Shown: positions 29,941 to 37,959 of the stretch, piece after piece
Numbering within the stretch: the stretch's first letter is position 1
Layout of the letters: every line of letters begins with the position of its first letter
Sequence record: KT919972.1
Direction: 5' to 3' (one strand)
Length of the DNA stretch: 64,000 bases
Notes under the pieces: generated by a model
What the model saw: only the letters and a program-made list of their open reading frames with translations
Database searches by the model: none
Told to the model about the DNA's origin: nothing
Position numbers and translations under genes: made by a program

Positions 29941-30454
29941 TTTTTTGTTTCTTTGCTTTTCGTTTAGCTCGTCTAAGTTCTTTTCGTTTAGCGATTTTAT
30001 CTGCTCTTCGAACTGCGTCGTAATCAGCAGCACAAGACGCAGCAAACGCATCAGGTTTGAACACGGGCTCTTGACCAACATATCCCAATATAGTACCTTT
30101 AGCTTCGTTATAGGCAACGTGAGATTTGTGTGTGGGGTCAGGGTTGATGTCAACGTGAACTTCAAAGCCTCTAGTACCGCACATTGGCTTAACCATTAGT
30201 GCAGTTTCACCCGCTTTGTATACTTCATTCATCAATCGACTTCTGATACCATCTTTACATGATAAGTATGCAGGTTCAGTCTCAACTGCTTTAAACACTT
30301 GAGCACCTTTACTACCTTCAAGATGAATTATGATCACAGTCGCGTAACTAATCATGTCACTTTTACGCTTACTATCACACCCAACGTATATTGTGCTATT
30401 TGGATGACTGTTATTGATAGCTGTTTCTATCGCTTCCCAATCGAACATTTTCAC
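29924..30454 (-). CDS. RNase H-fold protein, YkuK/DUF458-like
   Basis: IYVGCDS...YATVIIIH...SRLMNEV...EVHVDIN...KP.AFAAS.AAD; basic C-terminal tail. Confidence 0.75.
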   Translation of the reverse strand: MKMFDWEAIETAINNSHPNSTIYVGCDSKRKSDMISYATVIIIHLEGSKGAQVFKAVETEPAYLSCKDGIRSRLMNEVYKAGETALMVKPMCGTRGFEVHVDINPDPTHKSHVAYNEAKGTILGYVGQEPVFKPDAFAASCAADYDAVRRADKIAKRKELRRAKRKAKKQKTKGRK

Positions 30455-30461
30455 CTCTTAC

Positions 30462-30488
30462 AAAAAAGGGCAGCACAATGCCGCCCTT
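30462..30488 (-). terminator. terminator after the DUF2828 gene
   Basis: - strand: AAGGGCGGCA-TTG-TGCTGCCCTTTTTT. Confidence 0.75.
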
Positions 30489-30497
30489 ATCACTTAT

Positions 30498-31934
30498 TTA
30501 AAAACTGTAGCGTTCGACGCCTACAGTTTTCATCATGATCTTGATTGGCTCAAGCTCACCACCCAACAGTGAAGTCAAGATAGATGGGCTACAACCAGAT
30601 ACCAGTGCAGTACCCGCTTCACCAGCTTTAACCGGAACGTTGCCAAGACGACCACGAATGTTCCAGAAGACCAGTTGTGGCATTTCATAACCAGCACGTG
30701 CGTACTTGGCTTTGATTGCATCGAAGTTCGCAGGTTCACCGCGACCGTACCAACCACCACCAGTGTTTGCTTGATCGAATTCCATGTCACTCATGATAAG
30801 CAACTTGGTTGGCATATCTTCTTGTGAAAGATTTGCACGCTTCGCACGCTCTAGCAGAACATCAAAGCACTTACCGATGTTCGTACTCATGTCTTCGCCT
30901 GAACGATTCATGTTATCAAGACGCTCTTTCAATGAGCTACCGCGCAACTGGTGGAAGTGCGGGTCGCTTGAGAACGAAATGAATTGATCTTTGAAGATGC
31001 CTTCATTGCGTTCAGCAACATAAATCCCAAGAGACATTGCAACTTGCTTACAAGTCACACCTGAATGGTCTGTACCTGCGTTGATTGGCGTGCTCATAGA
31101 GCCAGACACGTCAACAACAGGGATGATGCGTTCATCAGAACCTTCCATGTAGTTTGGCAGAGCTTTCCATTGCTCGTTCGCTACAGACGCATTACCGTGA
31201 CTAACGCTCTTAACGACATCGTATGGGAACAATGCGCCAGCGTTGATCTTCGCTTCACCTTTTTGAAGTGACTCGATGTAGCTTGTGTAACGAGCTGAAG
31301 CGTTACGACCGAATGCTTGTTGATAACGAGCAGACGCTACAGAAGGCAACTTACCGAAGTCGATTGCATCCCATTTTTGCGCACACATCTTCTGCTCAAC
31401 AGTGTCAGACAGAAGCGACAGAATCTTACGCCACTGCTTCGCAGTCACGCCAAGAGACTTGATTGTGCGCTTGAACACATGACCGTTTTTGCTGTTTTCA
31501 CGTGGGAACCACTTCGCAGCAAGACCATTCTTGTCATTGACAATTGCGTTCGACCACATTGTAATCGCATCTTTTTCAAGACGTGTACCGAAAGCAGAAA
31601 TCAAGTCATCGTAACGACCTAGTTCTGGAATTTTCGACATTACAGCACGAGCTACGTCAGGCTGTTCATTACAAAGTTTAGTGAATAGAGTACGGAAAGT
31701 ACCACGTTCACCCGCACCACCTCGAACATCACGAGACCACAAAAGAATGCGAGTCGCTAGTTCTGGGTTTTCTGCAAACGCACGACCGAACAGTGTTTTA
31801 GACTGATCGTTGCCACGCATAGCAGCAATACCGAAGAACAAGTTTAGACACTCGTTACCTGAAGTGCTGTGAGTAACTGCACCGTTTGCTGTGCGTGAAT
31901 CGTTTGTTTGCATTGCGTTCATAAATACTGACAT
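30498..31934 (-). CDS. DUF2828 family helical-domain + vWA protein (Ro60/TROVE-like architecture)
   Basis: RDVRGGAGER, GRYDDL, AAKWFPRE in the helical part; vWA MIDAS DVSGSM, LLIMSDMEFD, LVFWN. Confidence 0.88.
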   Translation of the reverse strand: MSVFMNAMQTNDSRTANGAVTHSTSGNECLNLFFGIAAMRGNDQSKTLFGRAFAENPELATRILLWSRDVRGGAGERGTFRTLFTKLCNEQPDVARAVMSKIPELGRYDDLISAFGTRLEKDAITMWSNAIVNDKNGLAAKWFPRENSKNGHVFKRTIKSLGVTAKQWRKILSLLSDTVEQKMCAQKWDAIDFGKLPSVASARYQQAFGRNASARYTSYIESLQKGEAKINAGALFPYDVVKSVSHGNASVANEQWKALPNYMEGSDERIIPVVDVSGSMSTPINAGTDHSGVTCKQVAMSLGIYVAERNEGIFKDQFISFSSDPHFHQLRGSSLKERLDNMNRSGEDMSTNIGKCFDVLLERAKRANLSQEDMPTKLLIMSDMEFDQANTGGGWYGRGEPANFDAIKAKYARAGYEMPQLVFWNIRGRLGNVPVKAGEAGTALVSGCSPSILTSLLGGELEPIKIMMKTVGVERYSF

Positions 31935-31970
31935 TGTTCATTTCCTCATAATTAATTGCTGTAAAATGTC
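31930..31970 (-). promoter_or_regulatory. 5'-leader hairpin covering the DUF2828 start codon
   Basis: GACATT-TTACAGCAA-TTAATTATGAGGAAATGAAC-AATGTC; the 3' strand contains the ATG; T4-type early promoter GTTTACA..TATAAT (-10 at 31983-31988) just upstream. Confidence 0.6.
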
Positions 31971-32024
31971 TTTGATGAAGTGATTATACGCGAATTTTAA
32001 TGCATGTAAACACTTTTTTTTAAT

Positions 32025-32339
32025 TTATCGATAATGACGACTGATATTCGTACCATTTTTGAATATTTCAACAGATACATAACCACCAGATTCATAGCAA
32101 GTGCGTAAATTTCGGTAGCCATGCTGTTCGAAGAATGCACGAATGAAACCAGAACCTTTCTTATCACAGTCACTAATGTGAATTGGTACTTTGATTTTAA
32201 TCGGGAAAAAAGCCCCGTTTTCAACTGCATGTGTGAATTCTTTTTCACACTCGCCATTATAATGTTCGCTAAGAACTTTACGAGCTATTTGCTCTCGTTG
32301 ATTAATTTGTTTTGAAAGTTCGTCATGACTAAGCATCAT
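32025..32339 (-). CDS. hypothetical protein (paralogue of the neighbour)
   Basis: FPIKIKV...CD...G.RN pattern shared with 32336-32671. Confidence 0.7.
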   Translation of the reverse strand: MMLSHDELSKQINQREQIARKVLSEHYNGECEKEFTHAVENGAFFPIKIKVPIHISDCDKKGSGFIRAFFEQHGYRNLRTCYESGGYVSVEIFKNGTNISRHYR

Positions 32340-32671
32340 TGAAACCCCGCTTGTTTATTTTCTCGAATTGTCAATTTCACAAAAGAATATGAATAGTCTC
32401 TCACATCACGAGGGTCGCCAGAATAATGACCGAACTGTGCATCGAAATTGTGAAATCCCTCACGTCGCATGACACTCTTGATGAGAGTCATCATTTCATC
32501 ACAACATTCATTTCGTTCAAGATTAACTTGAATCGTAATCGGGAACTGAAATCCCGAAACACCACCGATCTTACGCTCAATTGATTTACGCATTTCAACG
32601 ACGAACAATTCTTCGCGTTTTGAACGATTCTGCTTGACTCGTTGAGTTAAAATATCATATAGATTGCTCAT
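32336..32671 (-). CDS. hypothetical protein (paralogue of the neighbour)
   Basis: FPITIQV...CD...G.HN; overlapping start/stop. Confidence 0.7.
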   Translation of the reverse strand: MSNLYDILTQRVKQNRSKREELFVVEMRKSIERKIGGVSGFQFPITIQVNLERNECCDEMMTLIKSVMRREGFHNFDAQFGHYSGDPRDVRDYSYSFVKLTIRENKQAGFQ

Positions 32672-33033
32672 AGATATTCCTTAATTGGTTTTGAAAAATG
32701 TCGAATGCATGAACTATCGAGACGAGGACGACCATCACCGTCAATATCTGGTAGCGTGTACCCATCATTGAATGGTTGACCGCTTTCTTTCGCGAGTTCA
32801 TAAGCATCAGCGCGATTGAAGTATTCACCACAATAATTGATGAATCCCTGCCCACGATCACCAAGTTCGCTTCGATGTTCATATGTACAGCCAAGTTCTT
32901 TCAATAGCTTAAACACGCCTTGCATGTTTCGACCAAAATGGCAGCTATCTGCAACAACAATATCCCTCTCTTCGCCATTTGGTAAAGTGACTCTAATTGC
33001 ATTTGCAGCAGCAGAAATTACGTTTAAGTGCAT
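32668..33033 (-). CDS. conserved-looking phage hypothetical protein
   Basis: QGFIN..GEYFNR.DAYELA..SGQ pattern; coupled to neighbours. Confidence 0.65.
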   Translation of the reverse strand: MHLNVISAAANAIRVTLPNGEERDIVVADSCHFGRNMQGVFKLLKELGCTYEHRSELGDRGQGFINYCGEYFNRADAYELAKESGQPFNDGYTLPDIDGDGRPRLDSSCIRHFSKPIKEYL

Positions 33034-33371
33034 GTATCTTGCCTCATAAAGATAGAACCCACACGTTTATATTGAAGTGTACTCATCAACATCATAGTCA
33101 TCTTAGAGTGAGCAACAGGGTTACTCGTTACTAGAACAACTGTGCGTGGGAAGTTACGATGATCAATTGCATGAGAGAGAATATCATATCCCTCATGACC
33201 AAGAGCACCGCCTAGATCATTGTCCATGAATAAAGTAATATCTGTAAGATTCGTATGTTTGACGAATTTCATACCGTCTTCATACGTACGCAAAACAAGC
33301 TTCTGATCTGCGGAAATTTCAGGCGCAGTGAAATTATCGATATCACGCATATCATCAATCATTACAAACAT
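33024..33371 (-). CDS. cyclic-phosphate-processing receiver-like domain protein
   Basis: MIDDMR...LFMDNDLG...EGYDIL...LVTSNP..H..M matches the xxDDxR / DHDLG / GYD / HS.NP signature. Confidence 0.7.
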   Translation of the reverse strand: MFVMIDDMRDIDNFTAPEISADQKLVLRTYEDGMKFVKHTNLTDITLFMDNDLGGALGHEGYDILSHAIDHRNFPRTVVLVTSNPVAHSKMTMMLMSTLQYKRVGSIFMRQDTCT

Positions 33372-33436
33372 AGTAAATTCTCGTTAGTTATTTCCGATAA
33401 ATACATGATACAGGTTTAACAACAGGAAGTCAACAC

Positions 33437-33808
33437 ATGAATGACGAAAAAATAAAATCTTTTGAAGAGTACCTAAACGAAGGTTGGTTTGAAAGACAAT
33501 GGTCTAGATACAAAGCAGGGGCTGACTCGCGCAGCATTAAGAAACTAGCCAAGATGCACACTAAATTGTTGCATATCGAACAGAAAGCCAAGCAAAACAA
33601 ATATCGATATGAAGCAGTGCGATATAATTACGAACACATCAAGATGAACGTGTTAGACGCGAAGAGGCTGATCAATAAGCTACGCTATAAGAAAGGTATT
33701 AGTGATGAACTAAGAATGGCAATGGACAAGTTAGATGTCGAGCTAGATAGGCTGAATGATTTTGCAGTTGAAGGTTTACATGAGCTAATGATTCAACATA
33801 AGCTATAA
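33437..33808 (+). CDS. late protein with a capsid-targeting-like N-terminus
   Basis: GATAAATA late-type promoter about 33396-33403; KIKSFEEYLNE. Confidence 0.7.
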   Translation: MNDEKIKSFEEYLNEGWFERQWSRYKAGADSRSIKKLAKMHTKLLHIEQKAKQNKYRYEAVRYNYEHIKMNVLDAKRLINKLRYKKGISDELRMAMDKLDVELDRLNDFAVEGLHELMIQHKL

Positions 33809-33812
33809 AAAT

Positions 33813-33838
33813 AAAAGCCCCAATTAAGGGGCTTTTTT
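33813..33838. terminator. bidirectional terminator
   Basis: AAAAGCCCC-AATTAA-GGGGCTTTTTT, same hairpin as at 2737. Confidence 0.85.
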
Positions 33839-33839
33839 G

Positions 33840-34052
33840 TTAGTGTGAATGGCGTAACTTTTTTTCGATCATTCGATCTACAATCGTGGAGTACATAAGA
33901 TGTTCTTTATAATATTTCTCATCAACTCGGTTACATTGAAAGTCTCGAAAATCTTTGCGCAGACGTGCAATAAATTTATTAAGCGTTTTGCGTACTTTGC
34001 AAACTTCAGACAATTCCATGCTTTTTAGTGTTTCTTCAGAAAGTATTTCCAT
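33840..34052 (-). CDS. hypothetical protein
   Basis: GAGG SD, 70 aa. Confidence 0.65.
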   Translation of the reverse strand: MEILSEETLKSMELSEVCKVRKTLNKFIARLRKDFRDFQCNRVDEKYYKEHLMYSTIVDRMIEKKLRHSH

Positions 34053-34080
34053 GATTGCTCACCTCTTAGTTAATAGAATA

Positions 34081-34126
34081 CGGGAGACACAGGAATCGAA
34101 CCTATTGCCTTGACCACATATCTCCC
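34081..34126 (-). ncRNA. miniature tRNA-like element (acceptor stem + T arm only)
   Basis: GGGAGAT-ATGTGGTCAAGGCA-ATAGG-TTCGATT-CCTGT-GTCTCCC-G. Confidence 0.55.
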
Positions 34127-34150
34127 ACTGAGAAGTTACGCCAATTCAGA

Positions 34151-34378
34151 TTAATGCGCTATGCTTTGTAAACGGCGCATACGCTCACGCTGCGATAACT
34201 CATCGAGATTGGGTTTATCAATCTCTTCGTCTTTCTCTGCGGCTTCTGCTTCCTTTTTAATCTTTTCAGCATTGGGACCAATGTTCTTCCAAAGAGGTGC
34301 GTTGCGCCAATTTTCATTATGCCCGTTACCCGAACCACGCCCTTCACGAGCATGAGACTTTTGGTGAATGTTCTTCAT
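34151..34378 (-). CDS. small hypothetical protein
   Basis: 75 aa, coupled to the upstream ORF. Confidence 0.6.
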   Translation of the reverse strand: MKNIHQKSHAREGRGSGNGHNENWRNAPLWKNIGPNAEKIKKEAEAAEKDEEIDKPNLDELSQRERMRRLQSIAH

Positions 34379-34584
34379 TATTCGTTAGATTTCTTTGTTA
34401 CTTGAGTTGCAAGACCTACCGCAGCAGCACCAGCGGCTACTTTAGCGCCTGTTTTCGCAGCTTTACCCGCTTTCTTTGCACCAGACTTGACACGATCTTT
34501 TACTGAACGTTTCTTTTTCTTTTTATCTTCTGGCTGTTGTTCTTGTAGTTCAGACATGAACTTATCGAATGTTTTATCACTCAT
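34378..34584 (-). CDS. small basic protein with a capsid-targeting-like N-terminus
   Basis: GGAG SD, TAAATA upstream (about 34616-34621), MSDKTFDKFMSE, K/A-rich tail. Confidence 0.7.
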   Translation of the reverse strand: MSDKTFDKFMSELQEQQPEDKKKKKRSVKDRVKSGAKKAGKAAKTGAKVAAGAAAVGLATQVTKKSNE

Positions 34585-34689
34585 GACATTTCTCCAATTG
34601 ATTTGAGTTCATCTGTATTTAGAAGATATTTCACATCATTCACTCTATGATGATAAATACGTAAAGTAAACAATAAAAGAGAATCGACA

Positions 34690-35028
34690 ATGGCATTCAC
34701 TAAGATCGAACTCCCTGCAAAGAGAAGCAGAAGAAGCATTTATATACCTGCGGGTCAGTACTATGCAGATCTAGACATGACACATCCACAGCAGCGTGAT
34801 GGGAATTATTTTTCAGTTCTTGCAACGTTTGGGGATGTGCAGATTGCATTCGGCGGGAGATGGTATGACAAGAAAAACCCACAAGACCCCGATGACCCAT
34901 TGCCTTTATTCCCAGAAGATTTCATTTTAGTTTCGTATAATGGACATTATGAAGCACAAGGCAATTTATTCAACACGAGCACTAGAATTTGGTTTAGTTC
35001 GATTTCTGGTTGCACACTACTATATTAA
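34690..35028 (+). CDS. late hypothetical protein
   Basis: GATAAATA upstream (about 34652), GAG SD. Confidence 0.7.
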   Translation: MAFTKIELPAKRSRRSIYIPAGQYYADLDMTHPQQRDGNYFSVLATFGDVQIAFGGRWYDKKNPQDPDDPLPLFPEDFILVSYNGHYEAQGNLFNTSTRIWFSSISGCTLLY

Positions 35029-35037
35029 GGACACAAA

Positions 35038-36753
35038 ATGAGTTCTATTAATTTACCTGGCGGAGGACAACCTCTACCAAAATACGTCGAAGAAGCGCCT
35101 GTAAATGGGTTACTATACGGTCGTAAAGATGAAGCATGGGAGCCAATCCCTGAAGATTCACTAACACCGTTTCCATTAGGAACGACACCTAATTCATTCG
35201 ATGCAGAGACTGGCGACAGAGCCGCAGCAATCGCTCTAAGAGACGCTTATGCATCAGCAAACCCGTCATGGGTTGCGTTTTATGTAAACAACCCGACATC
35301 TGCGATTGACCTTGTATATGAAGACATTTCTGTTGGCGGGACAGTTGCTGAAAGACAAACGTATACAGGAACACAATGGATTTCACAGCGTATTGTTGAA
35401 GGGATACCCGGGCCAATCGGGCCATCAGGTGAAGGGTCAATCCCTCCATTCGCGTCGATTGCTGAACGCGATTCTTTCTTCGCGTCATCAGGGAATAAAT
35501 CACTATTGAAAAAAGGATTACCTGTATTCGTTCAGGAATTTGAAGGTCGAGCAAGCTCATATTATTGGAGAGGCGAGACAAACCCAAATACGTACGATGC
35601 TTCTAAGTTCTCACTAGCCGCAGTTCAATCAGGGAACGGTGATTTATACTTAGCAAATGCGCATAAGATATCTTCGTCAGGTCAGAATATAGCAATAACC
35701 AATATTATCGACAACGTGAGCTTTCACCCCGTATGGCAGACATACGAAGAAGGGAATACTGCAACGGTACGTGTGCGTTCCATCGAGTCTGTTAATGAAT
35801 ATTCTGATAAATCAGCACAGATAACTAACCCGCGTTGGGAACTAGTGCAGATGCCAAACAACAGAACGTTATACTCAGTTGTGGTTGATTTTGTCAATGC
35901 ATACGATGAAATTGATGTTGTCGTTTATAAAAACACAGATGAATATTACCAAACTAAAATATTCGATATTACACCGGGCGAAGTTGATGTATTAATCGAA
36001 CCACCGTTTGACATTCGTTCAATGGACGTGCTTGAGCTTGAGTTGCGCAACCCGAACTTAGATGTTGTAGTATGGGGTAACTTATCAACAGGAATCCCAT
36101 GGAATAAACCAACAACACGTGATTTTACCGATGAGACTGTTGTGATTCAACCTGATTTAGATGCAGTCGAAACAAGAGTAAGTGACATCGAAGCAAACGC
36201 GATTGTCACTGGGGATAATGTTTCTGAACTGACAAATGACGCGGGATATATTAGCGACAAAGACATCATTTTCCAGAAGAGCAATAATACTGGAACTAAC
36301 GTGTTAACGCTAAACGGGACAGGTGAGGAGGGTACTATCCCACTATCGCAAACCGATGAAAATGGGGTGTTATTCGAATACTCGTCAACTACTGATAATT
36401 TCAGACCACTTGAAGATAAACCAATGCACATCAAACTTAGAATAAGTATTGATCGTTCTGGTGGCGGGTCAGACCCTGAGATTATAACGTGGGTTGAATC
36501 AGCAGCGACAGACACAACAGTTCCTAATGCATTTACACAAGAAACATCAGCATTTCGAATGGTTGATCTGCAAACCGACCGTACATTATTTTTAATCGAT
36601 ACGATTTTAAATATGGACTCAAGTCGTTATTATCGCATAAGACTTCGTAATTTAAACGGCGACAATTTTGATGTTGATACATTCGGCCCGTTTACAACAA
36701 GTTCGGGTAATGATATTTTTGCACCCGCAGTTGAGTTTATGCTTAGTCGATAA
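35038..36753 (+). CDS. putative trimeric virion appendage protein with an N-terminal foldon-like motif
   Basis: [22 protein letters not shown] resembles the fibritin foldon [33 protein letters not shown] fibre-type motif. Confidence 0.6.
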   Translation: [571 protein letters not shown]

Positions 36754-36778
36754 AAGAGCCGAAAGGCTCTTTTTTTAT
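36754..36778 (+). terminator. Rho-independent terminator
   Basis: AAAAGAGCC-GAAA-GGCTCTTTTTTT. Confidence 0.9.
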
Positions 36779-36789
36779 TTTGAAGAAAC

Positions 36790-36814
36790 AAAAAAACCTG
36801 CTCAAGGCAGGTTT
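36790..36814 (-). terminator. terminator ending the tRNA/ncRNA transcript
   Basis: - strand: AAACCTGC-CTTGA-GCAGGTTTTTTT. Confidence 0.8.
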
Positions 36815-36829
36815 AGATGTGCAATACAC

Positions 36830-37073
36830 AGACATTCGAGAAGTGTTTTATCGTCTTTCCTTAAATCTCATTTGACTATAACGATGTTTCTCATCGGAAA
36901 AATACCCATGATTCGGCATGAGTCCTATTTCGTTTGACAGTACGAACACCGTCTTAATGGTCATTTCCTACCATGAGAATGCGTCAGGCTCACGTCATCA
37001 CTGAGAAAGCAGCTAGTGCGCCTCATTACTATTAAAGTTTGCTTTGATTTGTAATGATTGCTGTACAATGTCT
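36830..37073 (-). ncRNA. structured ncRNA A (244 nt, helix+ACAGCAA family)
   Basis: ends pair (AGACATT/AATGTCT); ACAGCAA follows the 5' strand; 39-nt 3' block shared with ncRNA B. Confidence 0.65.
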
Positions 37074-37084
37074 TATTGCGAATT

Positions 37085-37173
37085 TGGCGGAGATACTGAG
37101 ATTCGAACTCAGAGAACGCTATTAACGTCCGACACCTTAGCAGGGTGCTGTCATACCTTTAGACCATATCTCC
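37085..37173 (-). tRNA. tRNA-Ser(GCT)
   Basis: cloverleaf, long variable arm, loop CT-GCT-AA, encoded CCA. Confidence 0.93.
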
Positions 37174-37178
37174 GTAGA

Positions 37179-37358
37179 TCATTTCTTACCACGCTCTGCT
37201 TTGCTAATCTCGACAGCAGCGATTTGCGCGTTGGCTTCTTTCTCAGTGTCATGAGTACCAAGTACTCGACCTTTAAATGAAAGAGCAACCCATTTGTCGC
37301 CACGCTTCTCGACTTTCTCAACAAGCTTGTGATATTCATCAAATGTTTTAAGTTTCAT
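37179..37358 (-). CDS. small late protein with a capsid-targeting-like N-terminus (not in the ORF track)
   Basis: MKLKTFDEYHKLVEKVEKRGDKWVALSFKGRVLGTHDTEKEANAQIAAVEISKAERGKK* (59 aa); GAGGG SD; TATAAATA at 37384-37391. Confidence 0.8.
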   Translation of the reverse strand: MKLKTFDEYHKLVEKVEKRGDKWVALSFKGRVLGTHDTEKEANAQIAAVEISKAERGKK

Positions 37359-37410
37359 GTGTCATCCCTCAGTTATTTTATTGTATTTATAACTGAACGA
37401 CTTTTAAACA

Positions 37411-37606
37411 GTGGCATGCTGCTCCCATGCTCAGACACATATTTGCTCTTAATGCAGGCGTGTGCCACGCGCAGCGCAGATCCCATTCGATAGTTTAACG
37501 ACCAGCGGGACTCTTAGCAGGTCTACACATAGCCTTTCAGCTATATCTTCTTTCAAGACCATAGTGTCGTACGGTCTATTCACTCTCTTTCGATTCGCGT
37601 TGCTAA
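37411..37606 (-). ncRNA. unidentified structured RNA
   Basis: several hairpins and no coherent ORF, directly 3' of tRNA-Leu(CAA). Confidence 0.45.
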
Positions 37607-37613
37607 GTGAATT

Positions 37614-37690
37614 TGGTGCCCAACCCGAGATTCGAACTCGGAACTCCTAGTGTTTGAAACTAGTGCCTCTGCCAATTGGACTAGTTGGGC
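37614..37690 (-). tRNA. tRNA-Leu(CAA), short variable loop
   Basis: cloverleaf, CTAGT-TTCAAAC-ACTAG, CCA. Confidence 0.9.
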
Positions 37691-37701
37691 TTGAATAAAC
37701 T

Positions 37702-37793
37702 GCCGCGACTCTTTAATCCCTAACACCTGTCAGCTTTCGCTCGGCTGAGACCGTTTTTCAACGGCGGTAGTCTAGCTTCGTATAGAACGCGGC
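37702..37793 (-). ncRNA. unidentified four-way-junction-like RNA
   Basis: closing GCCGCG/CGCGGC with three internal hairpins. Confidence 0.5.
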
Positions 37794-37806
37794 TTATGCT
37801 AGAATT

Positions 37807-37883
37807 TGGTACGCACGGGCGGATTCGAACCGCCATCCCTGAGATTTTAAGCCTCATGCCTCTGCCAATTGGACCAAGTGCGC
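37807..37883 (-). tRNA. tRNA-Leu(TAA), short variable loop
   Basis: TGAGG-CTTAAAA-TCTCA, CCA. Confidence 0.92.
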
Positions 37884-37885
37884 AT

Positions 37886-37959
37886 TGGAGCTCGAACAGG
37901 GAATCGAACCCTGACCTGCGGATTTGCAATCCGTCATACTTCCATTATACGATTCGAGC
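37886..37959 (-). tRNA. tRNA-Cys(GCA)
   Basis: loop TT-GCA-AA, U73, CCA. Confidence 0.92.
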
